From Squalus acanthias (taxonomy: Eukaryota), in contig CM059432.1 in the NCBI GenBank assembly GCA_030390025.1, forward strand, positions 16,866,001-16,930,000: a stretch of DNA of 64,000 bases, in the 5' to 3' direction. Numbering within the stretch: the first letter of the stretch is position 1; every line of letters begins with the position of its first letter. Of this stretch, positions 36,031 to 48,414 are shown piece after piece. The notes beneath the pieces are model-generated. The model saw only the letters and a list, made by a program, of their open reading frames with translations. It searched no databases and had not been told where the DNA came from. The translations under genes were made by a program, and so were the position numbers.

Positions 36031-36443
36031 TGTCGTTACTGTACTCTTGTCTTTCAAAAGATGGCGCACCCCACAACCCTGACATACTTCAGCCAACAGA
36101 ATAACTGAGCAATATTTTTATTTGAAGTCAACTGAATTCTAAACAGTCAAGGGTGACAAATGTAACTCCAGTCAATCAAAATTTCAGAAATTTCTTGACC
36201 AACATCTGAAGAACAAAACTAGCAAGTATAGTACAGTGCATACACTGCAATTAGCAATCAATCAAATACACCATGTCATTTATAAATCAAAACTGTATTC
36301 AACTCTATTTAGCCTCATTTAGATTGTTACTTAGCCTTAGTTAGAGATCTTATCTGGAGTACTGCGTCCAGTTTGGGCACTGCATTTCAAGAAGGATACA
36401 TTGGCATTGTTCATATTTCTATACAACCAGATTTAAATGATAC

Positions 36444-37193
36444 AAAAGCAAAATACTGCAGATGCTGGAAATCTGAAATAAAAACAGAAAATGCTGGAAA
36501 TACTCAGGAAAGAACAAAAGGGAATGTCTATGATAGGATGGAAGGCAGGAGAGATTAAGAGAGATTAAGAGATGGTGCAAGACAAAAGGATAATGGGACA
36601 AGTTAAGAAACAAAAGATGGCTCTAGCTTCCGGTCGCCTGTCACTTTAATTCTCCGCTCCACTCCCACTCAGACCTCACTGTCCTCGGCCTCTCACATTG
36701 TTCCAATGAAGCTCAACGTAAGCTCAAGGAACAGCACCTCATCTTTCGATTAGGCACTTTACAGCCTTCTGGACTCAACTTAGAGTTCAACAATTTCAGA
36801 CCATAACCTCTGCCCCTATCCTTTTTTTCCCCCCATTTATTTTTTTAAAAACTCTCCCACATGGCAGCTGTCTTTCATTCTGCCAGTGCCATTTACACTT
36901 CATCTAGAGCCATCTTTTGTTTCTTAACTTGTCCCATTACCATCTCCTTTTGCCTTGCACCATCTCTTAATCTCTCCTGCCTTCCATCCCATCACAGACA
37001 TTCCCTTTTGTTCTTTCCTCCCCTCCCCCCCTTTTCCCTGCCCCTGCACTTGCTTAAAAACCTGTTCCATCTCCAGCTTTTTCCAGTTCTGACGAAGGGT
37101 CATCGACCTGAAACGTTAACTCTGTTTCTCTCTCCACAGATGCTGCCTGACCTGCTGAGTATTTCCAGCATTTTCTGTTTTTATTTCAGATTT
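36444..37193. mobile_element. Penelope-like element (family A) in inverted arrangement: antisense pLTR + tail (36444-36626) and sense GIY-YIG end + pLTR (36627-37193)
   Basis: Sense arm encodes PVACHFNSPLHSHSDLTVLGL..GLNLEFNNF, as at 30035-30211. The antisense arm mirrors 36903-37193 with an internal deletion. 16-bp TSD CAGATTTAA(A/C)TGATAC at 36428-36443 and 37187-37202. Confidence 0.88.
37085..37121 (+). ncRNA. Minimal type I hammerhead ribozyme motif in a Penelope pLTR
   Basis: AGTT-CTGACGA-A-GGGTC ATC GACCT-GAAA-CGTT-AACT. Core CUGAnGA/GAAA, 5-bp stem II, 4-bp stem I (AGTT/AACT), palindromic AACGTT in place of stem III. Confidence 0.8.
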
Positions 37194-39079
37194 AACTGAT
37201 ACTTGCTTTATCTTGTACACATTCGGAACTGAGTTTCTGTTTAATAAAACAGGTAGCAAAGTTATTTTGTACACAGGCAACTGCAGGTAGTATAATTGTT
37301 AATTCTACAGTTCATGCAACTGCAAGGGCAGATTACTAAAAAGATCGTATCAACTTCTGTGAAACTGCTCAGAGAATCAGATGGATAAAACACTCAAAAT
37401 AATAAGTCAGGAAGGGTCCCCAAGTGGAAGAAAGGTATTTTTCCAAGGAAAGTTACCCTTTTTTGCTGTTCCACACAGAAATAAATTGCTAAATAACTGT
37501 CAGAAAATTGATAGGAGGGTATTCTACCTTAAGCTTTGTGTGTCTGACATGTTAACAATGCATGTAGGCAATGAAGAAAGACTGCTATTTTCACTACTTA
37601 AATTCAACATTAAAAGTCGAATTGCGTGCATCTGTTCCTTAGTTTACCTCTTGGTCTTAATTGAAGTTTTTTAAATCTGTAAATTTCAGGAAAGCATTTA
37701 TGTTTTATACTACTGTTTGGGATGCTTTGCTGAAGCATGCAAAATTGTACCTTTGTCTTGAAAGCTCTACTCACTCAGTATAAGAGTGTGACCACATCAC
37801 ATACTATTATTAGCTACATAAACCACAACATATGTGGCTGTCCTCCAAAGCCAATAAGCAAGCAAAAGTAAGGAACGTGTATGCATCTGCTTACTTTTCA
37901 TCCGCATTTAAAAATAATATACCCACATGTATAAATGCCCTAACATAGAAGTGCCATTTAATAGGTTGCGAGTTCTCCCTTGCGGCTTTTCTGGTAGTTT
38001 CGTAAAGCAGCTAAATTATATGGTGCTTTTCACCCTCCCCAAAGGGAAAATCCTGACCATGATCTATACACATAGTGGCTAGCTCAAGCAGCACTGTCTA
38101 AGCCTTGCAAACCCGGAGGTACTCTGCCCTCCAAGTTCAGGAATTTGAGAGCAAAGAGAGCTGTTGACAAAAATATGCACGAATATATTTATAAATTGAT
38201 GCTGTTGTAATGCTTCTGCATCTGTTGCTTACTTGTTGCCACTATTCTCCATGGAATGTTTTTTTCCGAGTGAGGAAGACTAGTCCTTGACCATTGTTAT
38301 CCTTGCTGCTATGAATTGCAGGAAGGGAATAATTAGCACAGGCTACATTTACGTCATGTACTGACTGCTCGCTACAAGGTGAAGGAGGTGTGGTACTTTG
38401 CTTCTACGTGACCAATTTCCGTTAACTAATACGGATGGGGTATAGAGGTCTGACTTAATTGCTTTTTAAAACCTGGTTTTATTCAGGATATTCAAAATGT
38501 GTAGGAGTTAATTCAGTACATTAAGATATTTACCTCAGCATAGTTTTAGATTTTAGTTTCAAATAACCAAAAGGATTTGACAATAGGATGAATTTGTATT
38601 TAGGTTTTTTTTTTAACCGTAATAAGGTCAATGAGAACACACGCAATAAAAGATTAAAACAAACAGCACTAAGTTTCACCACGGAGTTTGGTAATTATTA
38701 CAATTATTTTTAAATGATGACAATCAGCACCCTAAGGATAAAAAGAGAAATGTAACATTGTGAGGAAATCTGTGGCTTTAAGCAGATGTATCCAAAGGAA
38801 ACCAGAAAGTTAACTGGGTACATTCAGCCATTTTGAACATATTGCATCTTTATCAACTTTCCGGAGGTCACAACAGCTGCATAAACACTGCAGAGTTCCA
38901 CAATCCTGATTTCATGCTTGATAGTCAGCTTCAGGGTAGTCAAGCTGACAACAGATAGATGTTCTTTCAAGTAACTCCATAAATCAGATTGAGAACTGGT
39001 GAATGGGCAGGCAAAATGTGTTCTAAACAGAGATAAGTAAACTGGTCTCTTGTTGAACTCACTTCAGCATCACATTGCT

Positions 39080-40725
39080 TTTTTTTTATTCGTTTATGGG
39101 ATGTGGGCATCGCTAGCAAGGCCAGCATTTATTGCCCATCCCCAATTGCCCTTGAGAAGTTGGTGGTGAGCCGCCTTCTTGTACCGCTGCAGTCTGTGTG
39201 GTTAAAGTACTCCCACAATGCTGTTAGGTAGGAAGTTCCAGGATTTTGACCCAGCGACGATGAAGGATCGGTGATATATTTCTAAGTCAGGATGATGTGT
39301 GACTTGGAGGGGAACTTGGAGGTGGTGGTGTTCCCATGCGCCTGCTGCCCTTGTCCTTCTAGTTGGAAGAGGTCGCGGGTTTGGGAGGTGCTGCCGAAGA
39401 AGCCTTGGCGAGTTGCTGCAGTGCATCTTGTAGACGCGGTGCGCTGGTGGTGGAGGGAGTGAATGTTTAAGGTGGTGGGTGGGCCAATCAAGTGGGCTGC
39501 TGTGTCGTGGATGGCGTCGTGCTTCATGAGTGTTGTTGGAGCTGCACTCATCCAGGCAAGTGGAAAGTATGCCATTATACTCCTTACTTGTGCCTTGTAG
39601 ATGGTGGAAAGGCTTTGGGGAGTCAGGAGGTGAGACACTTGCCGCAGAATACCCAGACTCTGACCAGCTCTTGTAACCACAGTATTTATGTGGCTGGTCC
39701 AGTTAAGTTTCTGGTCAATGGTGACCCCCAGGTGTTGATTTGATGGTGGGGGATTTGACGATGTGCCGCTTGATAGGAATGTCGACCACCCCTTCCATCA
39801 CTTTATTGATGAGTAGGCTGATGGGACGGTAATTGGCCGATTGGATTTGTCCTGCTTTTTGTGGACATACCTGGGCAGTTTTCCACATTGTTGGGTAGAT
39901 ACCAGTGTTGTAGCTGTACTGGAACGGCTTGGCTGGAGGCGCGGCTAGTTCTGGAGCACAAGTCATCAGCACTACAGCCGGGTTGTCGTCGTCAGGGCCC
40001 ATAGCCTTTGCTATGTTGCATCCAGTGCGCTCAGCCATTTCTTGATATAACATGGAGTGAATCAAATTGGCAGAAGACTGGCTTCTGTGATGGTGGGGAC
40101 CTCAGGAAGAGGCAGAGATGGATCATTCACTCGGCACATCTGGCTGATGATGGTTGCAAACGCTTCGCCTTGTCTTCTGCACTCACGTGCCGGGCTCCAC
40201 CATCATTGAGGATCGGGATGTTCATGGATCCTCCTCCTCCCATTAGTTGTTTAATTGTCCACCACCATTCATGACTGGATGTGGCAGGACTGCAGAGATT
40301 TGATCTGATCTGTTAATTGTGGGATCGCTTAGCTCTGTCTAGCATGCATGTAGTCCTGTGTTGTAGCTTCACCAGGTTGGCACTTCATTTTTAAGAACGC
40401 CTGGTGCTGCTCCTGGCATGCTCTTCTACACTCCTCATTGAACCAGGGTTGGTCCACTGGCTTGATGGTAATGTTAGAGTGAGGGATATGCCAGGTCATG
40501 AGGTTAGATTGTGGTGGAATACAATTCTGCTGCAGCTGATGGCCCACAGCGCCTCATGGTTGCCTAGTTTTGAGCTGCTAGATCTGTTCTGAATCTATCC
40601 CATTTAGCACGGCAGTAGTGCCACACAACACAATGGAGAGTGTCCTCAGTGTGAAGACGGGACTTCGTCTCCACAATGACTGTGCAGTGGTCACACCTAC
40701 CAATACGGTCATGGACAGATGCACT
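39080..40725 (-). mobile_element. CR1/Zenon-like LINE fragment with internal deletions (same family as 10815-11989 and 61798-64000)
   Basis: Motifs DQPWFNEECRRACQEQ, KAMGPD, CAPELAAP, NYRPISLL and YKAQVRSIMAY. Poly-A tail at ~39079-39087. Confidence 0.85.
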
Positions 40726-40734
40726 TACAAGAAC

Positions 40735-41380
40735 GATAACTGGACTCCAAGGGTTAAATTACAAGGAGAGATTACACAAACTAGGGTTGCATTCCCTGGA
40801 ATTCAGAAGGTTAAGGGGTGATTTGATCGAACTTTTCAAGATATTAAGGGAACTGATAGGGTAGAGAGAGAGAAACTATTTCTGCTGGTTGGGGACATAG
40901 CCTAAAAATTAGAGCCTGGCCTTTCAGGAGTGAAGTTAGGAAACACTTCTACAAGCAAAGGGTGGCAGAAGTTTGGAACTCTCTTCTGCAAATGGCAGTT
41001 GATGATAGTTCAATTGTTACTTTGAAATCTGAGGTTGTTCGATTTCTGTTAACCAAAGGTATTAAGGGCTATGGGACAAAGGCGGGTATATGGAGTTATG
41101 TCACAGATCAGCCATAATCTCATTGATTGGTGGAACAGGCTCGAGGGGCTAAACGGCCTAATCCTGTTCTTGTGTTCCCAAAATTTAATAGAGGTGTTCA
41201 AAATTTTGATAGGGTAGATAGGGAGAAACTATTTCCACTGGTAGCAGAATCGCTAGTCAGAGGACACAGATTTAAGATAATTAGCAAGAGAACCAGGGGG
41301 GGGGAGAAGAAAATTTTTTTTTTTTAAATGGAGCGAGTTGTTGTAATCTGGAATGCACGATCTGAAAGGGTGATGGAAGC
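40735..41380 (+). mobile_element. Two abutting CR1 3' fragments
   Basis: GLNYKERLHKLGLHSLEFRRLRGDLIELFKI with a 3'UTR to ~41180, then DRVDREKLFPLVAES..RGHRFKI. Confidence 0.8.
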
Positions 41381-41468
41381 AACAGCAACTTGCATTTATA
41401 TATCGCCTTTAGTGTAGTAAAACATCCCAAGGCACTTCACAGGAGTGTTATCAAATCAAAGTTTGACA

Positions 41469-43585
41469 GTCATAACGGCACAGGAGGCCATTCGGCCCAG
41501 AGTCAGTGCCGGCTCTCTGTAAAGCAATCCAGTCAGTCCCATTCCCCCGCTCTATCCCCGTAGCTCTGCAAGTTTATTTCCCTCAAGTGCCTATCCAGTC
41601 TCCCCTTGAAAACATTGAGCGTCTCCGCTTCCACCACTTCCGTCGGCAGCGAGTTCCAGGTCCTCACCACTCGCTGCGTAAAAAAGCTTTTCCTCACATC
41701 CCCCCTCTATCTCTTGCCCAAAACCTTAAATCTGCATCCCCTAGTCCTTGTACCATCAACTCGTGGGAACAGCCTTTCCCCATCTAGCCTATCCAAACCC
41801 ATCATAATCTTGTACACCTCTATCAAGTCACCCCTCAACCTCCTTTGCTCTAATTAAAACAAATCCAGTTTCTCCAACCTGTCTTTGTAGTTAAGATCCC
41901 CCATCCCCGGAACCATTCTGGTAAATCTCCTCTGCACCCTCTCAAGGGCCTTCACATCCTTCCTAAAGTGTGGTGACGCAATACTCCAGTTGTGGCATAA
42001 CCAGCGCTTTATAAAGGTTCAGCCTAACTTCTCCACTTTTGTACTCAATACCTCTATTTATGAAACCCAAGATCACATATGTTTTGCTAACCGCTCTCAA
42101 TATGTCCTGCCACGTTCAGGGATTTATACACATCAACTCCCAGGTCCCTCTGTCCCTGCACACTCTTTAAAACTGTGCCATTAAGTGTATATTGCCTCTC
42201 CCTGTTCCTTTTACCAAAATGCATCACCTCATACTTCTCAGTATTAAATTCCATCTGCCACTTGTCTGCCCATTCTACGTCCTGTTGCAGTCGATTGGTA
42301 CCATCGTCAATGTTTGCCACACCCCCACGTTTGGATAGATAGATAGAGATTATATATATATATATTATATATATATATATATGGAATTGGTTTAGGACAG
42401 AAAACAGCAACTTGTGGTAAATGGCTGTTTTTCAGACTGGAGGATGGTAGACAGTGGTGTTCTCCAAGGGTCAGTGCTGGGGCCACTGCTATCTATATAT
42501 ATCTATATCTATATCTATATAGCAGTGGCCCCAGCACTGACCCTTGGAGAACATCACTGTCTACCATCCTCCAGTCTGAAAAACAGCCATTTACCACAAC
42601 TTGCTGTTTTCTGTCCTAAACCAATTCCTTATCCAAGCTGCCACTGACCCACCTATTCCATGAGCCTCAATTTTGTTAACCAGCCTTCTATGTGGTACTT
42701 TGTCAAACGCCTTCCTAAAGTCCATGTAGACAACATCCATTGCATTCCCTTCATCAATCCTCCCTGTTACTTCATCAAAAAATTCAATTAGATTAGTCAA
42801 ACATGACCTGCCTTTGACAAATCAGTGTTGGCTCTCCTTAATTAGCTTAAACCTCTCCAAGTGGCCGTTAATTTTTTCCTCGATTATTATTTCTAAAACT
42901 TTACCCACCACTGATGTTAAACTGACCGGCCTGTAGTTACTAGGATTGTCCTTACACCCTTTCTTGAACAATGGTGTCACATTTACCACTTTCCAATCCC
43001 CAGGCACCTCCCCCGCATCTAGGGAAGATTGGAAAACTATGGCAAGCCCTTCCGCTATCTCCTCCCCCAATTCCCTTAGCAACCTGGGATGCAAGCCATC
43101 TGGACCAGGCGACTTATCCACTCTAAGCATATCCAGCCTTTCTAGTACATCCTGTCCATCAATTTTCACCCCTTCCATTGCTTCTACCTTTTCCACTGCT
43201 TCCGATATTTTGTCAGCATCCATCTCCTTAGTAAACACTGATACAAAGTACTCAGAGTATTCTAGCCTTGCCCTGTGCCTCTAAGCATATAACACCTTCT
43301 TTGTCGCGAATAGGCCCCACCCCGCCTCTTACTACCCGCTTACTATTTACATGCCAGTAGAAGATTTTTGAGTTCCCTTTTATGTTAACCGCCATTCTAA
43401 TCATATTCTCTCTTTGCCAATCTTATTTTCCTCTTCACTTCCCCTCTCAACTTATTGTATTTGGTCTGGTTCTCTCTTGAAGAATTCACCTGACATTCAT
43501 CATACACCCTCTTTTTTTTGTTTCATCATCCTCTCTATCTCCCTCGTCATCCAAGGAGCCCTTGCTTTGGTTCCCTTACCCTTCC
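41469..43585 (-). mobile_element. 5'-truncated CR1 LINE (RT and 3'UTR)
   Basis: Motifs KSPGPDGLHPRLLREL, NYRPVSLTSVVGK, TNLIEFFDEVT, YMDFRKAFDKVPH and WADKWQMEFN. Confidence 0.9.
42383..42628. repeat. Fold-back inverted duplication: 110-bp arms around a 26-nt TA-rich spacer
   Basis: 42383-42492 is the reverse complement of 42519-42628 with 2 mismatches. Preceded by (GATA)n/(TA)n at ~42334-42382. Confidence 0.92.
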
Positions 43586-43714
43586 ATGAGTCACATAAGG
43601 AGATATTAGGGCAGATGACAAAAAAGCTTGTCCAAAAAAGTAGGTTTTAAGGAATGTCAAAAGGTAGAGAGAGGTCGAGAGGCAGAGGGATTTATGAATA
43701 AATTCCAGAGCTTA

Positions 43715-44320
43715 AGAAGCAGATCTTTCAAAAATTGTAAACTTGAAAAGTAAAAATTTGCAGGGCTATGGTGAAAGAGCAGGGGAGTTGGACTAAATGG
43801 ATAGCTCTTTCTGTGGTGTATAATTCTATGAACTACATAGTTAAAACAATAGAGTACACACCAGAGGAAGTTATGCTCAAACGATGTTATACATTAATCA
43901 GACCCCACCTTGAAGACAGTATCTCGTTCTGGTCACAGAAACACAAAGGAGATGCTCAAGTGTTGGATGTCGTGCAGAGAATACTTGGACTTTTCAGTTT
44001 TGAAAGAATAGATTGAGAGGTGATTTCTAGAGGAAATTAAAATAGAAAATGAAATGGAAAGCATACACACAGAATATTATCTCAAACTAAGTTGAGAGTA
44101 GGACTCGGGGTCACAAGTTCAAACTGGTCAAAGGCCAATTTAAGACTTGTTTCAGGAGGTTCTTCAGCAAGATTAACCAATATATGGAATGGACTTTGGG
44201 ATAATAAATGATTCCAGGACGTTTGTCTCCAGTTTAAGATTTTTTTTAAATTAGATACTGTAAGTGTCTTCCCAGATGGATGAACAAAAATGGCTGAATG
44301 GCCTTTTTATCTTGTAGTAA
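43715..44320 (+). mobile_element. Old CR1 3' fragments
   Basis: IEYTPEEVML..YTLIRPHLE..FWS..HKGD..L, and a decayed 3'UTR (TGGCTGAATGGCCTTT). Confidence 0.6.
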
Positions 44321-44749
44321 TGCAGTTTCTTGTGACACCAACATAGCAATCCATTCCACTGTCTGTAAATTGTATGGACAACAGCAACATTTTACAATCT
44401 TCAATCAACCATTTTCAATTGCTTTGAATGTGAATAGGAACACCGTTGCTTACAAATTAATTTCTTTGATTTTTAAGGGGCATGTGTTAAATAGCTAGCT
44501 TTAAAATTGGAGACACGGACATTACTAACCTCACTAGCCAAAGCCATGCCAACTTGACAGACATGCTCTTTGCCGAACGATTTACTGTGTTAGTGATCAA
44601 CAATGTGATAGGAGAGGGGAATTTTGCTTTTTCAATCCTAGTTAATATTTCTCAGAGTAGATTTGGTGAAAATTTTAAATAAGTCTAGTGAAATGCATAT
44701 AGTATGTGTCATAAATAATTTTTCACACATTAACTTCAGGTCCCCCAAT

Positions 44750-45097
44750 ACTTGTATCCTAAATTCCCATCCTTTTGTTTAAATCCCTCCCTGACCTCGC
44801 ATCTGCCTATCTCTGTAACCTCATCCAGGCCTACAAACAACACTGTAACTCTATTCCTCAGACTCCAGCCACTCTACACTTCACCACTGACAGCCACCCT
44901 TTATTCACTTAGGTCCTATGAAATACACTCCCTAACTCCTCCTCCTCTCCATCTCCCTCATGTTCTAAACCCTCCTCAAAGCCCAAATTTTAGACTAAGC
45001 GTTTGGTCACCTTTGGCGTGGTGTCCATTTTTTTAAATGCCTCTGAAGCCCCTTAGGACCATTTTGCACATTAAAATCACTATATGTCATTGTTGTC
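44750..45097 (+). mobile_element. Old L2 3' fragment
   Basis: TTGTTTAAATCCCTCCCTGACCTCGC..TATCTCTGTAACCTC, plus a decayed tail. Confidence 0.6.
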
Positions 45098-45312
45098 TGG
45101 ACCGTAATTATATTAAGGGTCCATCATTGGAATTTCTGTACCTTTTTTTTTTGTTTATGACAGCCTCCTTACGAGATACCAGAATGAGTGGTTTCATTGA
45201 CATTTGATTAAATACTGCAGTGTATAGTATCCCTGCCACCTGGTGCCACCTTACTCTGCAATTATGGTCTTTCTCGTCCCAGATGAATTGGAGATCACCC
45301 TAACTTCGAGAG

Positions 45313-45806
45313 CAGGGGTTCTCAACCGGATGTCCACAGCCCCCTAGTGGTCCGTGAGAAGATTTTAAGGGGTCGGCAGACCTCCGGTTGAGTACCCCTG
45401 GCCTACAGGAAATCTTTAGAGCAGCCCACTCATCTCCCCAGCAAGAATCCAAAGCAAGTATCACTTTAGCCCCCGGACCCAATCCTGCACTGGACGTGAG
45501 GATCCGGAAACCACCGCTTGGCCCCAGAGGCTCATGGTCATACGTCCGCCGTGTCTACTATTTTCAGTATAACCATCAACCTCGGCAACAATCTACTGAC
45601 AAAGCAGAACTCTACCAACCTTAGAGACAGTCTCAACTTCAGCTCCAGCAACAAGTTTCACATTAAGTAAACCAAAATAAATATATATTTTTAATTGTAT
45701 AAATAATTCTTATACAGGCGGAAAAAAAAACTTGTGTTACAGGTGATCACTGGAATTTTTAAACACGGGAGCGGGGCCACAGAAGCAAAAAGGTTGCGAA
45801 CCCCTG
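45313..45806. mobile_element. hAT (Charlie-like) non-autonomous element with an extra internal right end
   Basis: Left TIR CAGGGGTTCTCAACC, right TIR GGTTGCGAACCCCTG (ends 45806), internal TIR CCGGTTGAGTACCCCTG (45384-45400). Decayed 8-bp flanks TTCGAGAG / CCCAAGAG. Confidence 0.75.
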
Positions 45807-46590
45807 CCCAAGAGTGTACAACAGCCTAGCAATCGCTCATACATTATAAATCATTCCTGTTGTCTTGATGGACTCAGTAGGTTCCACATGAAAAAAAAGA
45901 GAAAACTTTTTTTAATTGAAAGTGTGACATGGATTGGGTAAAAATATTTTGACCTGCACACTACACATGGCTCCAATACAGCATCTCTGATGTCTCTCCA
46001 TAATACTTACTGAGAAGCTGTATAAGGTAGATAACAATTTAAGACATTCTGATTAAGACTGGATGCTCTTTGGCAGACGTGAACATAATTCTCAATTTCC
46101 TGGATAAATACCAATAAACCAATGAGATCGAGGAACTAAACCACTGAGTACAAATGCTCCAGGGCCAAAAAATAAGTTCATGCACAGGGCCACTTCATGC
46201 ACAGGGCCAAATCATTGCAACAGAATGCAGTTTCTGAAATGACTAATATCTTCCACTGGCTTTTTCAGGATAAACCCAGCAGCCAAATTGGCCTATGGAT
46301 CAAATAAAAATAACAAAACAAAACTAATTAGTGTTTTATTAAATTCGAAGAAAGGCTAAACAGTGTTTTTATTGATCTAATTCAGTTGTCTAAAAAGTGA
46401 ATAACGTGCATGATCTTTTAAAGTTATATAAATACAATCATTGTAAAAGGAATGAGTGATATTAAACAAAAGTAGCCTTTTTAGCATTTTACTCTTCCGT
46501 GTTGTTAAACTTGTTACACTTTTCCGAAGGCAAACTGCTTCAAGCAGTGCAGTCCAAAGTAAACTAGCTGCTATTAAAATAAAGCATTTT

Positions 46591-47515
46591 TGGGTACAGT
46601 AGTGATATGATACTGGACCAGCAGTAGTTGGTCATGAATTCAAATCCACAATGGCAAGTGAAAGTGAATTGAATAAATCTGGTAATTTACAGGATGGTAT
46701 CAGAAAAATAACCATGAAAGCTGACGGACTTAAAAATCCAACTAGTTCACTAACATCCTTCAGGAAAGGGAACCTGCCACCCCTACCTGGTCTGACCGTG
46801 ATTCCAATCAAGCACTGCATGGTTGACACTTGATGTCCTTGAATTGGCTGAACAAGCCACTCAATCGTAAACAATCATGGCAACAACAATAACTTGCATT
46901 GATATAGCACCTTTAACATAGTAAAACGTCCCAATCTCAGTAATAAGGAAAATATTGGATGGACCAATCGGCAACAACACAAGCATTCTACTAGCCCAGT
47001 CAACCCAGCAAAGTTCCCCTCACTATCAACTGGGGAGTTGTGCCCAAGTTGGAAGAGTTATCCAACATGCTAGTTAAGCAACAGCTTGGTATAGCCATAC
47101 TCCCCAAAAGCCACACTTACCAGCCAACATCCCAGACTCCTCCATCACTGTCCCTGGTTATGTCCTGTCCCATTCTATTCTAAGAGGGGACACGGTGCGT
47201 ACAGTCAAATGGGTATAGCCCAGGGAGTCCTCAACATTGACACCAATCCCCGTAAAATTTCATAACTTTAGGTCAAGCGGGGTCAAAAAACCTCCAGCCG
47301 ATTGTCAACTTTCTCTTCCCCACCACTCCATGTTAAACATCACTTCGAGGAAGCATTGTGGAGCACAGATGTACAGAATGTACTCAGTGAGGGACCCCAA
47401 AGTCCACCACCATGAGTTGCTCAGTACCACCACTGACCAAGTCTTGAAGGGTGTGCATCAGATGGTAAGGAAACCAACACAAGAGAGTAACCTACTTCAC
47501 CCAATCCTTAACCTG
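46591..47515 (+). mobile_element. 5' end of an old CR1/Zenon-like LINE: tRNA-SINE-like head followed by decayed endonuclease region
   Basis: Degenerate A box (TGGGTACAGTAGTG) and B box (GAATTCAAATCC). 46820-47515 is collinear with 61798-62510. A small L2 tail insertion lies at ~46880-46935. Confidence 0.65.
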
Positions 47516-48414
47516 CAGTGGCTTCTTTTCACATGGACCGTGGAAGGAAATCCCTCTTGCAGGCAGTGGGATCCTGCTTATGCTCAGTGCCATGATGTCA
47601 GAGAATGATAGTTAATCAATACTCAGCACTTCAGCTTTTGAGGCTAATTAGGGATTACCACCAGCACTTTCACTTTGTCTGCTAGCATCTTTTAAAATAC
47701 CTACAGAATGATGTGAAACGGTGAAAATGCATAAAAAAACCTGTGTCCCCAATAAAAGGAAAGCCTGTCCAGCTTTGAGACCAACATGGCCTCTGTTCTT
47801 AAGCAGAACCACAAGAAATGATGGCTGTTCCTCAGAGCTAACAAGTCTATTTCTGCGCGCTAAAGCTCTCTTGGAAGCTATGCTAAACAGAGTCATTTCA
47901 GTGTGCAGAATCACATACAAAATGTATTGATCACGCTGCGGAGTCTAAGGCACTGACTGCTGGTTCCTGCCGCAAACACTGCAGCCTGCATTTGGTCTTT
48001 AAGAGGCATGAACCGAGATTGGAAAACACCCCACCTCTGTTTTAGAAGCTGCTTGTGCTTTGGCGAACAAATCCTTCACAATAGGCCTAATCAGATGCCA
48101 TCCGAATCTGATTTGGCCCTTATTGGTAAATTTGTCAGCCAGTTGCGTTCTTTCAGTCGGACGTTCGTTCAGGGCAACGTGCCATTCTTCCCGTGCATAG
48201 TACATTTTCCATGGGTAGAAAGAACCTAAAGTACAACTTTAGAGTCTACGGCTGCTTGTTACACAAGTGTTCTGCTGAGACTCAGTAGATGCCATACGCT
48301 CTATTTGAAGCTTTGGATTTTAATAATTATTGTTGAATAAAATAAAGAATTCTCACGATTTTGTCACATTAGATAACTGATGTTTTACAAGGAAGAAAGG
48401 AAGAGGAAAGAATC

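Larger units (their letters stand above)
41380..43715 (-). mobile_element. L2 3' end (41380-41468 and 43587-43715) split by a CR1 insertion
   Basis: L2 text ..AAAGTTTGACA resumes as GAGTCACATAAGGAGATATTAGG, which is contiguous in the copy at 16120-16160. Confidence 0.75.
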
